Shown here in pieces: positions 63,961 through 64,000 of a stretch of DNA of 64,000 nt. A model generated the notes under the pieces. The model ran no database searches. It saw only the letters and a list, made by a program, of their open reading frames with translations, and was not told the DNA's origin. The position numbers were made by a program, and so were the translations under genes. The stretch is from Haplodiscus bocki (taxonomy: Eukaryota), in assembly GCA_965655095.1 (NCBI GenBank), contig OZ296653.1, positions 5,456,001 to 5,520,000 of the forward strand, written 5' to 3'. The stretch's first letter is position 1; each line of letters starts with the position of its first letter.

Positions 63961-64000
63961 TTTTGAACGAGAGTCTCACAGAGGCAGATAAAAGATGCGC

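Overview
Eukaryotic (most likely invertebrate animal) genomic DNA, AT-rich, with one assembly gap and a large load of decayed mobile elements. The one confidently complete host gene is a 3-exon CHMP1A-like ESCRT-III gene on the minus strand (22780 to 9895, 209 aa, all splice phases compatible). Two further minus-strand exons (about 54.0 kb and 42.9 kb) may be the 3' end of a second gene with a coiled-coil tail. Between them lie a spliced, open reading frame resembling the C-terminus of a Dicer/RNase III protein plus dsRBD with substituted catalytic residues (46.8-48.0 kb) and Polinton/adintovirus-like remnants (adenain protease, minor capsid). Other elements: a full-length but frameshifted Ingi/Vingi-like LINE with a target-site duplication (TSD) and a candidate HDV-like ribozyme at its exact 5' end; a MULE DNA transposon; a Penelope-like RT; Ty3/gypsy and Bel/Pao remnants; a TSD-flanked MITE just upstream of CHMP1A; Helitron-like repeats; and tRNA-derived repeats. 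All family assignments come from motif recognition by eye; no searches were run. I do not see a clearly novel multi-gene system. The best leads are the RNase III/dsRBD-like nested gene and the ribozyme candidate.
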